A DNA stretch of 64,000 nt from Phoronis australis (GCA_002633005.1 NMRA01000454.1:302437-366436), one strand, 5' to 3'. Positions 1 to 12,854 are shown, counted from the stretch's first letter. The notes: generated by a model from the letters alone, not told the origin. Numbers and translations are program-made.

Positions 1-112
1 AAAGGAAAGATTAATGTGGTTGATGATAACGGAAATGTCGTCTGCACCATCCTCAAGCAAGAACCAGCCATTGATCTGATCACGACCACCGTTCCCGCTA
101 TTATAGATAAAC
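1..112 (+). CDS. Gene 1 (SEA-like + multi-EGF TM receptor): 5'-truncated exon, end of a SEA-like repeat
   Basis: Open frame KGKINVVDDNGNVVCTILKQEPAIDLITTTVPAIIDK; phase-1 donor AC|gtgagt at 113; 'I.VVDDNG.VVC' matches the ends of exons 2793-2996 and 4882-5046. Confidence 0.75.
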
Positions 113-651
113 GTGAGTAGAGCCTGACACTGAAAACAATCGATACCATCCCAAATTGGCAACTGCGTTAGCCATTAATTTTGTGTTTGTTTACGTCAAA
201 AAGTGGGAACAAGCATAGGCACGACAAAGAGTTTCTGCTTACTTGCCTGTTTTTTCTCGCTTTTCCGCTTGCCGAGCCATTATTTCAGGCTAAAACCTCA
301 TTCCACTGTGGTGCAGGTAACACCATTGGTCTTGAAGTGTACTAAATGGCATTAACGAAACAGAACTGATTGAGACGTGTGTTCTTCATATGCTACAAAC
401 ACTGATCTAATGTTAACCTAATACCAGTACAGATTTTGTTGTGTTTCTGTTGAAAATTAGGGTACAGTTTTCTTAATCTCATGTCGCATTATTACAACTA
501 ATGCCGTTTACCACCGAGTTGATTATCTCGGGTAAGCACTTTGACAAGTGCCAACAGGATCTGCAATACACGTCTGTCGCATTGGGTTAGATGACCTTGC
601 TCGCTACTTTCGAATTATTTTGGCTCACCGAAGATCGCATGATTACAAACC

Positions 652-823
652 GGGCGTGCGTTCAGTAGACGCTAGGACCTACGCTAGGACCTACGCTAGG
701 ACCTAGCTAAAACCTAGTCAAAGTCACGTGTTCTCATTTAAAATGCACGGCAATATCTCACGTAATCATGCGAAGTCTTGCTTTTTAGCGATGTCCTAGC
801 GTTACTAAACGGGAGGCGGGCCC
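652..823. mobile_element. Small MITE-like element with internal 12-bp tandem repeat
   Basis: Inverted repeats AGTAGACGCTAGGAC / GTCCTAGCGTTACT, GGG...CCC ends, (GCTAGGACCTAC)x3. Confidence 0.5.
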
Positions 824-1924
824 ACACGTCTACATGTATGACCTTTGCAGGTTCAAGTATACATGTACGTTGTACATATAAATGTACAACGTATATGCTC
901 AGTTTGCTATAGTTCCTACCGAATTCGAATGGGGTTACATTATGCACCTTATGGCAGGTTTCAGCGTTTCCTACATCATCTGAGACTTGAAGTTAATGAT
1001 TTCCTTCACACCTATTTACTTGGGGTAATTTATTGCCGCATAAAATGAAAAAATCACTCGAGAAGCTACACATAAAACTATACACAGTGAGATTCGGGGG
1101 GGGGGGGGTTAATGTAATATGTGCACTCATTATGTTTGCTGGTTGAGTGCCCTCGGACTGTAGAGTGGATGGTGGTGAGAAAGAGGCTATATTGCTTCAT
1201 TTGTCATTGATGCAAACTTCCGTTACTGTATGGCGGACACTTTTCAGGATGACGCACGAACGAGTTAAGGTCACTACCTAGCTTCGTTGCCAAAGATTTC
1301 AGTTGTTTATTTTGTATTTGTCATTTATAGACTGTTCTCCGAGTAACGTCGGTATAGGCGACAGGGCGAAATGCTCAGTGAACTGTGCTTCAGTTTCCAT
1401 AACGTTGCTGTCATCTTGGGCAACGATGACGTAAATCGAATGGTCGCTAATGGGAGTCCCTGAAGGATCCTCTTTGAAAAGGTTTCTGAAAGAAACAGTT
1501 GTGCTGGTTTTTCCCCATTCAGAAACAATAAAATGGTTTGTCAACAGAAGAGGCGCTTGTCTCTGACGGAAAAAAAACGGGTTTGAATGTCTGCGTGGAA
1601 ATAACTACGGGGGGAGGGGGGGCTTCAAGATATATTTCTTTGGCTACTGTGTACCACAGTCTAGCTCAGACACAGGGTCTTAATGGCACTTTTTTCATCC
1701 TTCACAAATCATGATTATTTACAATAATCATAAAAATGTGAAAGTCATAATCATTGTATTTATTAAAATATTTATTAAAGATCCCTTTTGAGAACCAAGG
1801 AACCGTACCTTGATATGGAAAGTGCACGGCCGTTTCGTCCATATCTCATGACAAGTGCCTTTTTACGGGAAACGAACATCGTAATGTGTAAAAGGTTGCA
1901 TTGAAAGTATTATTTATCATGTAG

Positions 1925-2071
1925 TTTCCAAGGTTAAGGCGAGGTTCACATTGAAATGTACGATTTCCGGAACACAACAATTGAAAAGACATGTTGAAGA
2001 CTCGCTATCCCGTGTTCTTGGCGTTCCAAGTTCGCGGATGGAAAAGATCGAAATATCAAAGAAGAATGACG
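1925..2071 (+). CDS. Gene 1 exon: first half of a SEA-like module
   Basis: catgtag| acceptor, G|gtatgc donor, 147 nt, phase 1-1; SKVKARFTLKCTISGTQQLKRHVEDSLSRVLGVPSSRMEKIEISKKND. Confidence 0.8.
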
Positions 2072-2792
2072 GTATGCCTATGTCTCACTGTATTTTCTCA
2101 TCCATTTCCTTAAATCGAATTGTTATTTTCATTTCAAAGTTTCTGTTTTGTTGCATTTTTGTAACATGGCTACCAAGCTGTTTCTGTCTAGAATTGTTAA
2201 AATGCAACGCCCTTTAAAGATTGGCAGGACCTCATCTACGCTCAAAGATGTTAACGGTTATTCTGCTACAATCCTATTAAACAGTACATTCACAAATCCA
2301 TGGGTTTTAGAGCTTGTAGATATTTGACCTTTAAATTTAAAATAATCTGGCTTCAATTGGTCACGTGGCCACGCGCCTATTTATTTAATTTTTAGTTGAA
2401 ACACATGTGCATCCGTAGCAAAACAACGGTATCCATCATGACAGAATTTCGTTTGATATTAATTTTCAAGATGAGATTTCAGAAGCAATCTTACTGTTTT
2501 GTACATTGTCATTTTTTGATTTCCTTCATCGACATGAAAAAAATTCTCATTTTGATTGCCACTCATGCAAAACTTGAATATTATGAAAGAATTCGTCTTG
2601 GAAAACAATAATTAAGCACAACGCCTTGAACTTTCATATGCATTGGGGCAGCCATTTCTGAAACACGATGTTCCGAAGTCAGTTCACCTTGCACTTTTTT
2701 CCAGACTTCTATCTAGATTTATTGGCTGGCGTTTTGTTGTTGCGAAAGAATCTTTTTAAAATGTATTTTGGTTATCTTTTCTTTTCTTACAG

Positions 2793-2996
2793 TACACCAA
2801 ATTGATGTTGTTATTCTTCCACCTACGGCGTCGTCAACAAAAAAATCGAGTGAAATATTGAAGACCTTGAGATACATATTATTCAACGTAGAATTGAAAA
2901 TAACGAATGGTGACGGCGAACTCTGTACCAAAGATCCGAAAAGCCCAACACTAACGATTGTACCTGTTGGGCCAGATCCACCCAACGTAAAAGTAG
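2793..2996 (+). CDS. Gene 1 exon: second half of a SEA-like module
   Basis: ttttcttacag| acceptor, AG|gtcagt donor, 204 nt, phase 1-1; VHQIDVVILPPTASSTKKSSEILKTLRYILFNVELKITNGDGELCTKDP... Confidence 0.8.
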
Positions 2997-3343
2997 GTCA
3001 GTCGTGCGCATGCGTGATTTTGAGTTTGTGCACAAGTACTCAGTAACTTGAAAGCAGAGTTGAGATAAAGAAACTGATTTAAGTTCATGTTTGACGTACA
3101 CATGTACCTGTAATATTTTTTCCTCCACTTTCGGAAAGATCGCTAAAATTCAAGAAAATTTTATATCAAAAGGTTAAGTCAAACTTAAGGTGTCTTTCTT
3201 GAAAGGGACTTGAGACAAATTCACGTTTTATCGTTAAATTGGCTGATATTTAAGATTGGTCTTAGCCAAGTCCATATCTCGACCGGAAATGCAAACAATA
3301 AATGATAAACTAAATTAAAATAACACCATGGCGTCGTCAGATA

Positions 3344-3543
3344 CATGCGTGCACCCAGCCTAAAATGGGTGGAGGGCTCGAATTTTTGAGAATGTGGACC
3401 TATTACTAAAATTGGCGGCCGACGTTCAGAGCTATGGATTGTGCATTCGCCAACTTTTTGCAGGACCTGCCTTTTTACTGCACTTTTGTCTCGTTTTCTG
3501 CTTAATTCTGAGTGGGACCTCTTTGCCCCTGGGTGCGCGCATG
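3344..3543. mobile_element. MITE family A (CATGCGCGCACCCAG TIR)
   Basis: TIRs CATGCGTGCACCCAG / CTGGGTGCGCGCATG; near-TSD AGATA/AGAAA; homologous copies at 41189, 41607, 61541, 62001, 62847. Confidence 0.85.
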
Positions 3544-4291
3544 AGAAACGAAACTTTTTTGCAAAAGATGGTTACTATTACAAATATATTTAACTCATAG
3601 GAATTTCTAATCAGTGTCGTGAAAAAGTTACACATTGTAATAAAGCCCGTTGTATATTATTAAAGCGAAAACTTTAATACCACATTGCAGCAGGTGCCTT
3701 GGGCTGACATCACACCCAACGAATTGAATCGTTACTTTGTGTGGCAATAATTTCGATGTCTTTGTTGGTAATCTTAAGACTATTTATAGCTTAACTGTAG
3801 TAAAGCAACTGCAACAACGCCGAAAACGTACCTGCTGTATTCAAGTACCATTTGAATCTAGAACGAAACGGGGCATTCAGCAATATCCATATCGTGTCTG
3901 CATGCCGATATGCCTGGCATAAAGCTCACTCACGAATTAAGAATTGTGTAAATATTACGTCAGGATCGGTTTCATTGGATTCAGTTCCCCCATACGTCGG
4001 TTTAGGTGAGTCAATCGCACGTGCTTCCCGTAAACGAAAGAACCTCGCACGTAAAGTACTCGACTTCACCTCGCGATATTCCTGCGACTAAGAAGCGCAG
4101 ACGCTTTTAAGTCTTCTGGATCCTTGCAAGTCGGGAATCAACCAAACTCTTTGAATTATAGTTCAAGTTGATCAACTAACTAGACAGATGGTATCTGTGA
4201 CCGTGATCGAGGTGGCTATGTTGGCTATTGACAAAATGACAAAGATAGCGCCGGTTTAGAAATGTGAGTCAATATCGATGATCTATTTCAG

Positions 4292-4438
4292 GGGACGATA
4301 CCAAGGTGTCAATTTCCATGAAGTGTGACACTACAACGTTTGACAACAAAGGAGAGCTTGCCAAAAACGCGCTTTTAGAGGTCTTGCAAGTGGAGTTAGG
4401 GAGGATAGCAAACTTAGTGACCAAGCAAAGTGGCGATA
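4292..4438 (+). CDS. Gene 1 exon: first half of the next SEA-like module (absent from ORF track)
   Basis: tatttcag| acceptor, A|gtaagg donor, 147 nt, phase 1-1; DDTKVSISMKCDTTTFDNKGELAKNALLEVLQVELGRIANLVTKQSGD; same length as, and aligns with, exon 1925-2071. Confidence 0.8.
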
Positions 4439-4881
4439 GTAAGGAAGTATTTATTTTTTATTAGTTTCACTTGTATTTGTCTGAAGCACTTAACCAGATA
4501 GCGTTTTATGCTCCCACACGTGCAAACCTTTGTGTAGCGTGGACGGGTAGTGCACGCTACTGAAGGCTGTGTGTAGTAGCCACCTAGTGGCAATTTCAGT
4601 TTTTGGAATCCGGATATTTTCTACCAAAGCAAGTGGGTTGTCTGTCTGAATGTTAGCAGTGGACAAGTGGGTTTTATTTAACCTAAGACCACATCCGATT
4701 TTTGATGCCCCGCTTTTGATGTGCTACCCAGTGGCAAGGATATGGTACATGTACATCTGTGCCTTGGTATCTTTTAGACCTCTTGATAAATTGTTTGTGA
4801 GATGCAGGAACGCCAGGCTAAGGCGATGGCTGTTGACAATACTGTCGATGTTTATATGTTTACTCCTATGTTTCACGGTAG

Positions 4882-5046
4882 ATGCTGCACTGGAATTCAC
4901 GCTCCGCCCACCGACAGCAACGTCACCAATGCCGAGCCTAGAAGCGCTGAAATGGCTGGAAATCGTAGTCAAGGAACAGGCTTTCATCATCAAGAACAAT
5001 AACGGAAAACGAATGTGCATCGGAAAAGACAATGTTATTAACCCAA
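4882..5046 (+). CDS. Gene 1 exon: second half of a SEA-like module
   Basis: cacggtag| acceptor, A|gtaggg donor, 165 nt; AALEFTLRPPTATSPMPSLEALKWLEIVVKEQAFIIKNNNGKRMCIGKD; aligns with exon 2793-2996 (PPTA.S...S.E.LK.L...I.N..G..C). Confidence 0.8.
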
Positions 5047-5327
5047 GTAGGGTAGTTTTTCTGTTAATTCATACATGTATGTAGTGCTTGTAAAACACGA
5101 TTGCTGCTAAAGAAAGTGTATTGCGGCTCAACGAAAATTTTAACTTAATACTTACGGCATCGTTTGAGTTTTGCATTTTTTTTCAAGCGGGAATCGACAC
5201 TGCCATGAGCGTAATGTTTTCTGGTTCGTGTTTGTCTTTTTGCGGGTAATTTAATCACTTCTTGGTCTAGTTCGGTCATCGAGGCAAGCCTGCATGAAAC
5301 CTGCGAATCTTGTTTTTCATGTTCCAG

Positions 5328-5426
5328 AAACTGAATGTCCAGACGGGATGTACGGTCTAGGGTGTAAAAAAAAGTGCGACTGTGGTCCGGGACAACCATG
5401 CGACCAGCTAGGAAAATGTGACCTTA
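5328..5426 (+). CDS. Gene 1 exon: EGF-like repeat
   Basis: gttccag|...A|gtaaga, 99 nt; TECPDGMYGLGCKKKCDCGPGQPCDQLGKCDL. Confidence 0.88.
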
Positions 5427-5558
5427 GTAAGACACTTAATGTTTACATGCTCACTGAACCATTTAAACAACGAAATTGTGTACGAGCAATTCAAGTTGAC
5501 TGTCTGAAATCAACCAATACCGTTAATGAGAGCTTGTTTTCTCCTGTTCTTGTTTAAG

Positions 5559-5786
5559 AAACAAAATGTCCCGACAAAACTTTTGGCGAAAAATGCAAAT
5601 ATAGATGCGAATGCACAAACGAGACGGTATGTCCACCCGGTATACTCCACTGTAAAGCAAGATGCAAAGAAACAACAGAGAAATCGTGCAAAGTCACGTG
5701 CGCTGCTGGTCGTTACGGCGAGGACTGCTCAACGCAGTGCGACTGCAAGATGACAATTGCTTGTGTGGATGGAAAATGTACAAAAG
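5559..5786 (+). CDS. Gene 1 exon: EGF-like repeats
   Basis: tgtttaag|...G|gtgggc, 228 nt; KCPDKTFGEKCKYRCEC...CAAGRYGEDCSTQCDCKMTIACVDGKCTK. Confidence 0.88.
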
Positions 5787-6200
5787 GTGGGCCTATGGTA
5801 AAATGGTGAGGCACGAAACATGTTAATCTGTAATGACTAACCATAATCGAGTTAAATGTTGCTTCGTGAAGGATTTTTTACTAAACTTTTTGCGACCTGT
5901 CAAACTGTTTTGTTGAAACACCAGGTTAAATCATATAACCTTGAAGATTATTTTAAGTGGCCAGTAACCAAAAGCAGACGAAATATTTTAAATTCAATGT
6001 ATTTGCATATATATATATTTCTATCACGATATCGACGCACGGTATTGGCTCACATGACAAACCCATTGACAAGGTGTTCTAACAATCAACACAACGGGAA
6101 ATCTGGTACTTTACTTCATACCAGCAAGTCAGAAGGCGTTGAACAAGGTGATCATATTACTGTATATTGTACAAGCTCGCCCATTTCAATCCGTTTGTAG

Positions 6201-7454
6201 ACAAAGTGTGTGAAAAACCAAAGAAGTATGGCATAGATTGCGATTTGGACTGTCAGTGTGCAGAAGGCAGTTCATGTAGTCGTGCTGAGGGTTTGTGCGA
6301 CAAGTGCAAACCGCTGAGATACGGAGAGGACTGTGCGAATGAATGCGGCTGTCTTAAGGCCAGTCAGTGTGATGGTACCAGCGGCAATTGTAAAGGAATA
6401 TGCCTACGAGGCCTATGGGGACTCGACTGCAAGAACGAATGCTATTGTGAACACTGTAATCCTGTGACTGGCAAGTGTGAGGGCGACTGCCCGGATGGGC
6501 GCTACGGTCCTCGATGTGACAAGGAGTGTCATTGCAAAGACCAAAAAACTTGCACTGCTTCCGAAGGTTGTAAAGGGTGCGATTTGGGATACAGAGGACC
6601 CCACTGCAATCTAAAGTGTTTCTGTAACGATATGAGCTCGTGCTCGCAGTACGAAAAGTGTCCACACTGCCCGACCGGTCACTATGGACTAACATGTGAA
6701 CGCACATGTGATGGCTGTGTGGGAGAGGACTGTGACAGATACACTGGAGAGTGCAAGCGTGGCTGCAAGCCCGAAAGATGGGGGCCAGGCTGCAAAAACA
6801 AGTGCGCATGTCGACTTCCGGGTTCGTGCAATCCTGTACACGGGCATTGTCAAAGCGGCTGCCTCAAGGGGAGGACAGGCCCGGCTTGCAACACCACATG
6901 CAACTGTGAAAAGGACGAGTATTGTATTGACAATACGTGTGACTTCCAATGCCCTAAGTACCACTTCGGACACGACTGTAGGAATGTGAGCCACTGTCCA
7001 CCGGGAGACACTTACGATGTTTACACTGGACGATGCACAATGGGTGTTTGCGACATCGGTTACTACGGTCCCACATGTACTTCTAGATGCCATTGTAAGG
7101 ATAAACGATGTAAGTCAACAGGCGAGTGTATAGACGGTGTGTGTGCTAAGGGTTGGTATGGACCGTCTTGTGACCGACGGTGTAACTGCATTAATATTGC
7201 TAAGTGCGACGCTACTACTGGAGCGTGCGAAACATGTCCCGTCGGCTGGTATGGTATGGATTGCAGTAAACAATGCTTCTGTCGTGAAAGTGTAGCTTGC
7301 GACCGCCATACAGGGTTCTGTCCAAAAGGATGTCCGCCACTGCGCTACGGATTGGCTTGCGATAAAACATGTGCCTGTTATGATGGAGACGTATGTGAAC
7401 GCTTTTCTGGCACGTGCTGTAAGCCGTCGGATAACAACAGCGTTTGTTCTAAAG
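6201..7454 (+). CDS. Gene 1 large exon: ~13 EGF/laminin-EGF-like repeats (MEGF10/Draper/SCARF-like)
   Basis: tttgtag| acceptor, G|gtgaga donor, 1254 nt; repeated C-x-C...C...G.C...C..G[YWF]G..C units of ~31 aa. Confidence 0.95.
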
Positions 7455-8221
7455 GTGAGACAACAATAAGCCATTTCGGGGTTAAATATCTGCAATTCTC
7501 ATGTTGAGCATGTATACAGTGGTGAGTATTCCAAAAGTATTACATAGTTACGTAACAAGAGTATATAAACGCCATCGCACTCAAAAAATAGTTATAATTT
7601 GACGGCATTTTATGGGCAGTGCCTCCATCAACTTCAGTTCCTGTTGCCACCCTTTTGACGCTGTGTAGGGTAAACAGTGAATACCAACGCATACTGTTTT
7701 ACTCAAATATTTACTTACCAGAGTTTTTGGCATACATTTACATGAACGCTAAGAAAATCGTAAGGGTTTGCAAACTGAAACATTTGGAATAGTAAAGACG
7801 TGTTTCACGCCGTCCAACTTGGGTAACACGATTATTTTGTATATAAATAATTTTAAAGTTTAGTTGCAAGAAAACACCTTTTCCAATATCATTAATCTGC
7901 CAGGGTTTGTTGGATATCATCGAAATAAAATGACTTTTAAGTGATATAATTTTGTGTTGTTAAAATCTTTTTAATGCTTAATTTCCTTGCATCTGTTTAT
8001 TTTAAATTCCAAATAAATTCCGCATTATGAGATTCATTTTTCGCCGGAGTTAGTTGAAACGACCTTTTGTCATTCCACACATATAGCGGATATGTGCAGC
8101 GATAATTGGTCTCCTTGAGCACATTCATTCAGTTCACACTTTCTTTCACATTCGCGTAAAAATTAGCTGTTACAAAACCCGTTTAGTTACTGTAACGTGA
8201 ATCGGTACGAGCAATTAAGTA

Positions 8222-8616
8222 TCAGTCCACGGATCCACCGACCACAGTACAGCCAACAAGCGGCAAGGTGGGGGTCAGCCATTCAGATCCGTGTTTAGTC
8301 TGATAAATCACATTAGGGATGAGAGAAAATGGGTGAAGTATGACACCACAAAGTTTGGTGGTTTAGGAGATACAAGGGAAGTGTTCTGGGGGGCAAAATG
8401 AGGCNTGAACAGTTAAAACTGGACAGTTTTTATACCGTGAAAACATGGCTGCGAAGCCGTAAAATGTGTTTGAGCCTATAACTTTAGAAAAACGCAATAT
8501 TTTCAAGAAATATTTTACCGCTGTTTATAGATCCCATAGGACTACCTATGTGCCAAATTTGGTGAAAATCGGGTGACCCCCACCTTGCCGCTCATGGCTG
8601 GTGCTCTCGTGGACTA
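8222..8616. mobile_element. Non-autonomous DNA transposon, Academ-like ends
   Basis: Long imperfect TIRs (T[C]AGTCCACG...GCGGCAAGGTGGGGGTCA), 3-bp TSD GTA. Confidence 0.7.
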
Positions 8617-10541
8617 GTACTTAAGTATACGTCATTGTTCACGTTAACGTCGCTTTACGAAGCCTCTCTATAATACAAATATCACCAGCGTGGACGGCGA
8701 TGCAGCGCATGACAGTTCTGCATTCACTTATCAAAAGATATTATTTTAAATGAGGTGCAATTCTGACGGGAACATTTTAGTTTAATAGATGACATACTAG
8801 ATTTAGCGTGTATGTCAGTAGAATACCTGTGACTCACCCAATACCTTTACGAAAGGTTGATTGAGCTATCGAAAATAAATGACAATCCAGCTTTTTTACT
8901 GTAGCTGCGTGCGATTCAAACACGTTTTGGAGCTTTTTTTAGCAATGCATTACAATTGACACATGTGTCTGTCAGTCTATCCGTGGAATTGGAAGACGTA
9001 AAATATTCAGTAACGGTTCACGGACACATACATGTACATGTATTAATTCGCAAGTGGAACGCATTAAAGGCAAATTGGAAGCAAAACGGCAAATGGCAGT
9101 ACCTTAGTGATATCTTGAGACTCGCGTATTGACTAGAACACATCTGACCAAGGTGACAATATTCACGAGAGCACCTGAACATGCCGTATAACCCGGGATC
9201 GGTCTCAGCGAACTGAGCGCCGGCACACTGTCAGGCATAAACAAATTAGCATTCACAAAACTCATAGCACAATGTGCAGTAGGCGGAGCTAACTTCATTC
9301 AAATTGATATTAAAATGGTTCATTTCAAAATTGCATTTCTCCGTTTATTCCACAGATAACCCTGTTTCGTGAACGTCCATTACGTAACAGTAACTGGTTG
9401 AACATTTCCCGGTGTTTAGTCCTAGCCCGCAACGAATCATCCTTAAAGTTGAGTTACAAACTCGAATTAAAATTGTAAATTTCAAGTTCTGGTCTCAACT
9501 TATACGTGTAGCAATGTGGATGGGGTCATTAAGTGCAAGCCATGGTTATGCAGTTTTATAACGGAACTGTGATGTACTCGAGTACTGTAAAATAGACACT
9601 CATCCCGCATGCGCACTGAAGTAGAGAGCATAAAATTCCAACAGTAATTCCGAGTTGGATTTCAAGTACACAGATCAGACCCAAGTGCAGGGTTGCATGA
9701 AACGTTCCCAAATTGGGATTTAAGTTAACTAAATATTTCACGTATTTGACTGTGTCGTACATGTATTTACTCAAATATGGAATCGTTTCCTGTCATTTTA
9801 CCCTGGTTATGAGTTCCTCTTTGACATAGGCCTATATGAAATTTTCTAATACTGTTGATTTTCATTGGACTAAGGACTCAGATTTTATAGAGACTTAGGT
9901 CCTTAAAATTGTTATGTTGCAGAAAATGGACCCTACTGATTTAAACATGTAGAATGCAAAGTATAGTTCAATGTGGATATGTATCAAGAAAAAAATGGAT
10001 TAGTATTGAAACTAAAGCGAAGTAATTAAAGACAGTTGCTGTTTTCATAAGTCCAAAAGAACTCAGTAGATTTAGGGGACTTCCATGTAGCTGAGTCTCT
10101 ACTTGGGGCTGTTTTATGCAACTGTATCCAGGCCCTTAGCTTACAATAATTATAACGTGTTGTGGTAGTATGAAACGCACCACGGTATACATGTATTGGC
10201 TGTGACGTTATGTGTGCCTACATTGGTAATAGCGTTCATACATGTGTAGCAAAACAGCACAATGTCTTGACAACAATGAGAGAATCCACAATCAGGGCTT
10301 AGGTATTTTTGTCATATACTTGTATGGTATATATGTACAACCTACTGCAGGTTTCCAAAAATTTTCAAACTTGGAAAGTGCGACTTTGACGGAGCTCATT
10401 ATCCAAGGTGTTTATTTTTGTGCCCACTATTTATCTTCTAAATCAAACGCAAGTAATTGCGTGTGTCACACCTCTCACACTCCCTTTAAATCATGACCCT
10501 CAGCGAAACGTGTCAACATCTTAACAATAATTCCACTTCAG

Positions 10542-11978
10542 AACCAGTCTGCACAATCAAGGACGCGTACGGCCCAAATTGTGACAAGAAATCGAACTGC
10601 CAAAGTAATTTCAATCGTTTGAGCGGGGAATGCAGCACGTGCAAGACTGGTTACTACGGGTTTGCGTGTGAGAACCAGTGCCACTGCAAGGGTAGTGCTG
10701 GGTGTTCGGGTGATGGAAATAGCTGCCCTTCCGGTTGCGACGCTGGCTGGTTTGGGTTTCACTGTGAAAAACCGTGTCACTGTTATAAGAAGGCACCTTG
10801 TGAGACAGGCAAATGTAAAACAGGGTGTGAGGCTGGATGGTGGGGTACTTCATGCGATCGACCCTGCAATTGTGAAGCCGGTGATTGTAACCAAATCACG
10901 GGTAACTGTAGTGGTGAATGTAAACCGGGGAAATTTGGATACAGTTGCGATCAACACTGTTTCTGCCCAAGTAATGGGAGATGCAATCGCAAGACAGGTA
11001 AATGCGCCGGTGGCGTGTGCCCACCCAAGAGGTTTGGTTACGGTTGTCAAAAACAGTGTCATTGCCTGCCCGGCAGTGAATGCATCAAGGGTCTCTGCGA
11101 GAAAGGATGCGAAAAGGGATGGAGTGGACCGTATTGTCAAAGTAAGTGCTATTGTCTAGACGGCAATTGCAACAGAGAGAAGTGTGGACAATGTTTGCCT
11201 GGGAGATTTGGACCACAATGTGAAACCAAATGTAGATGCGCCGGGAAGTGCAACGAGCTGACCAACGAATGCGAAAAGTGTCCCCCCGGGAGATGGGGAC
11301 TTGACTGTCAACGTGAGTGTCATTGTAGTTCTGCTGCTCCTTGCGCCAGGCTCAGCGGCAAATGCCCGGGTGAGTGCGAAGACAGGTATTTCGGGTACGC
11401 GTGCGATCAAAAATGTCAATGCAGGAACGGCGAAAAATGTGACCAGTTCACCGGTGAGTGTCTCAGTGGAGTCTGTAAGTATGGCTACTACGGTCTAGGT
11501 TGTCAGGATAAATGTAACTGCGCGCGACCATGTGACCAGAAGACGGGGCAGTGCAAAGACGGGTGTGTTTTCAGACGTTACGGCGACACTTGCAAGAACG
11601 AGAGTAACTGTTCAGGCCCTTTCGACCGCATCACCGGAAAGTGCACGACTGTGTGCCGACCTGGATGGTACGGATACAACTGCGCACAAAAGTGCAACTG
11701 TGACGAGGAAACTGTCGGCAATTGTCACGCGGTTACCGGGGAGTGTAGTAACGGTTGCCCACCAACCTACTACGGCTACAACTGCAAGAACCGCTGTCAC
11801 TGCCTTGACAATAATGGTCGCTGCCCACGAGACACGGGGGAGTGTAGCAAATGTTTGATCGGTTGGTTTGGGTCTCGCTGTGACAAGAGATGCCGCTGTG
11901 ACAAAGGCAAAGCCTGTCCTCAAGGAACATGCCCCGGTCCTTGTCAAGTGGGATGGAAAGGGAAGGACTGTTCAGAAC
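10542..11978 (+). CDS. Gene 1 large exon: ~16 EGF-like repeats
   Basis: acttcag| acceptor, C|gtaagt donor, 1437 nt; same repeat type. Confidence 0.95.
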
Positions 11979-12316
11979 GTAAGTCCCTTAGCTTTTAACC
12001 CTCGACATTATTCCGCGTATCGACCGAAACCGAAGGTGGAGGTCGATACACGGAATAATGTCTCGTGGGATATTATTTCATGTACGCCACTCTCGGTACG
12101 TTTTGTGCATATATTTGACATTTTCGTATAATGCACACAGGAACGTGTCATCGGTGTTACATTTTCAGCTTTGACAGAGGTGGCATGCGTTATTTGCTCA
12201 TAACACGGTTGTTATTATGTCAAATAAAAGCCGTACTAATTATTAGACGACAGTTTTAGATGTTACGCAGTGGTACATGCATCTTCGACCTGATGGCAAC
12301 TATTAAAACGTTTCAG

Positions 12317-12457
12317 CCACTGCCTGCCTCAGACCCAACAGGTTTGGAACATCATGCACGAGGGCCTGCCACTGTCTGGACGACAAGCCCTGTCACCGCT
12401 TCACAGGCAAATGTAAAGCATGCAAGCCTAGATGGGAAGGTGACACGTGTTCCCATT
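12317..12457 (+). CDS. Gene 1 exon: EGF-like module
   Basis: tttcag|...T|gtaagt, 141 nt; TACLRPNRFGTSCTRACHCLDDKPCHRFTGKCKACKPRWEGDTCSH. Confidence 0.92.
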
Positions 12458-12530
12458 GTAAGTAACACACGCTTACATGCATCTAGAAAGACAAACCAAT
12501 CGGATGACGTAAGTCAACCCTTACAAAAAT

Positions 12531-12733
12531 GAACTTAAGTTTTCATCGAAAAACTTAAGTTTTTGGTCTGAAAAACTTAAGTTTTCATTCCCGAAAACTT
12601 AAGTTTTTGGCGAAAACTTAAGTATTTTGGAACAAGTTTTTTGGAACGAACTTAAGTTTTCATAACTTAAGTTTTCAAAAACTTAAGTTTTTCAAAAACT
12701 GAAGTTCTGAAAACTTAAGTTTTTCAAAAACTT
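12531..12733. repeat. Tandem array of the palindrome AAAACTTAAGTTTT (~11 copies, cut by an n)
   Basis: Directly visible repeated AACTTAAGTT core with short variable spacers. Confidence 0.9.
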
Positions 12734-12854
12734 NAAATAAATAAATTAAGCCAATTAGTACGGTTTCCAATTCCGTTTTGTCGAGTCCCAGCGGAAGTCG
12801 TTTTAAAGATGAAACTCGTGTAGGAACAAGAAAACGTGTTGTATCTCCTTGCAG

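Noticed and set aside
3700-4180. Minus-strand stop-interrupted frame (QEYREVKSSTLRARF...VIFTQFL), faintly gag-like
   Set aside because: Similarity too weak; no LTRs or pol motifs.
6354-11947. Many overlapping ORFs on other frames and strands of the large EGF exons
   Set aside because: Shadow ORFs caused by Cys/Gly codon bias.
12531-12733. CRISPR-like repeat/spacer appearance
   Set aside because: Eukaryotic intron, spacers very short and irregular, no cas genes.
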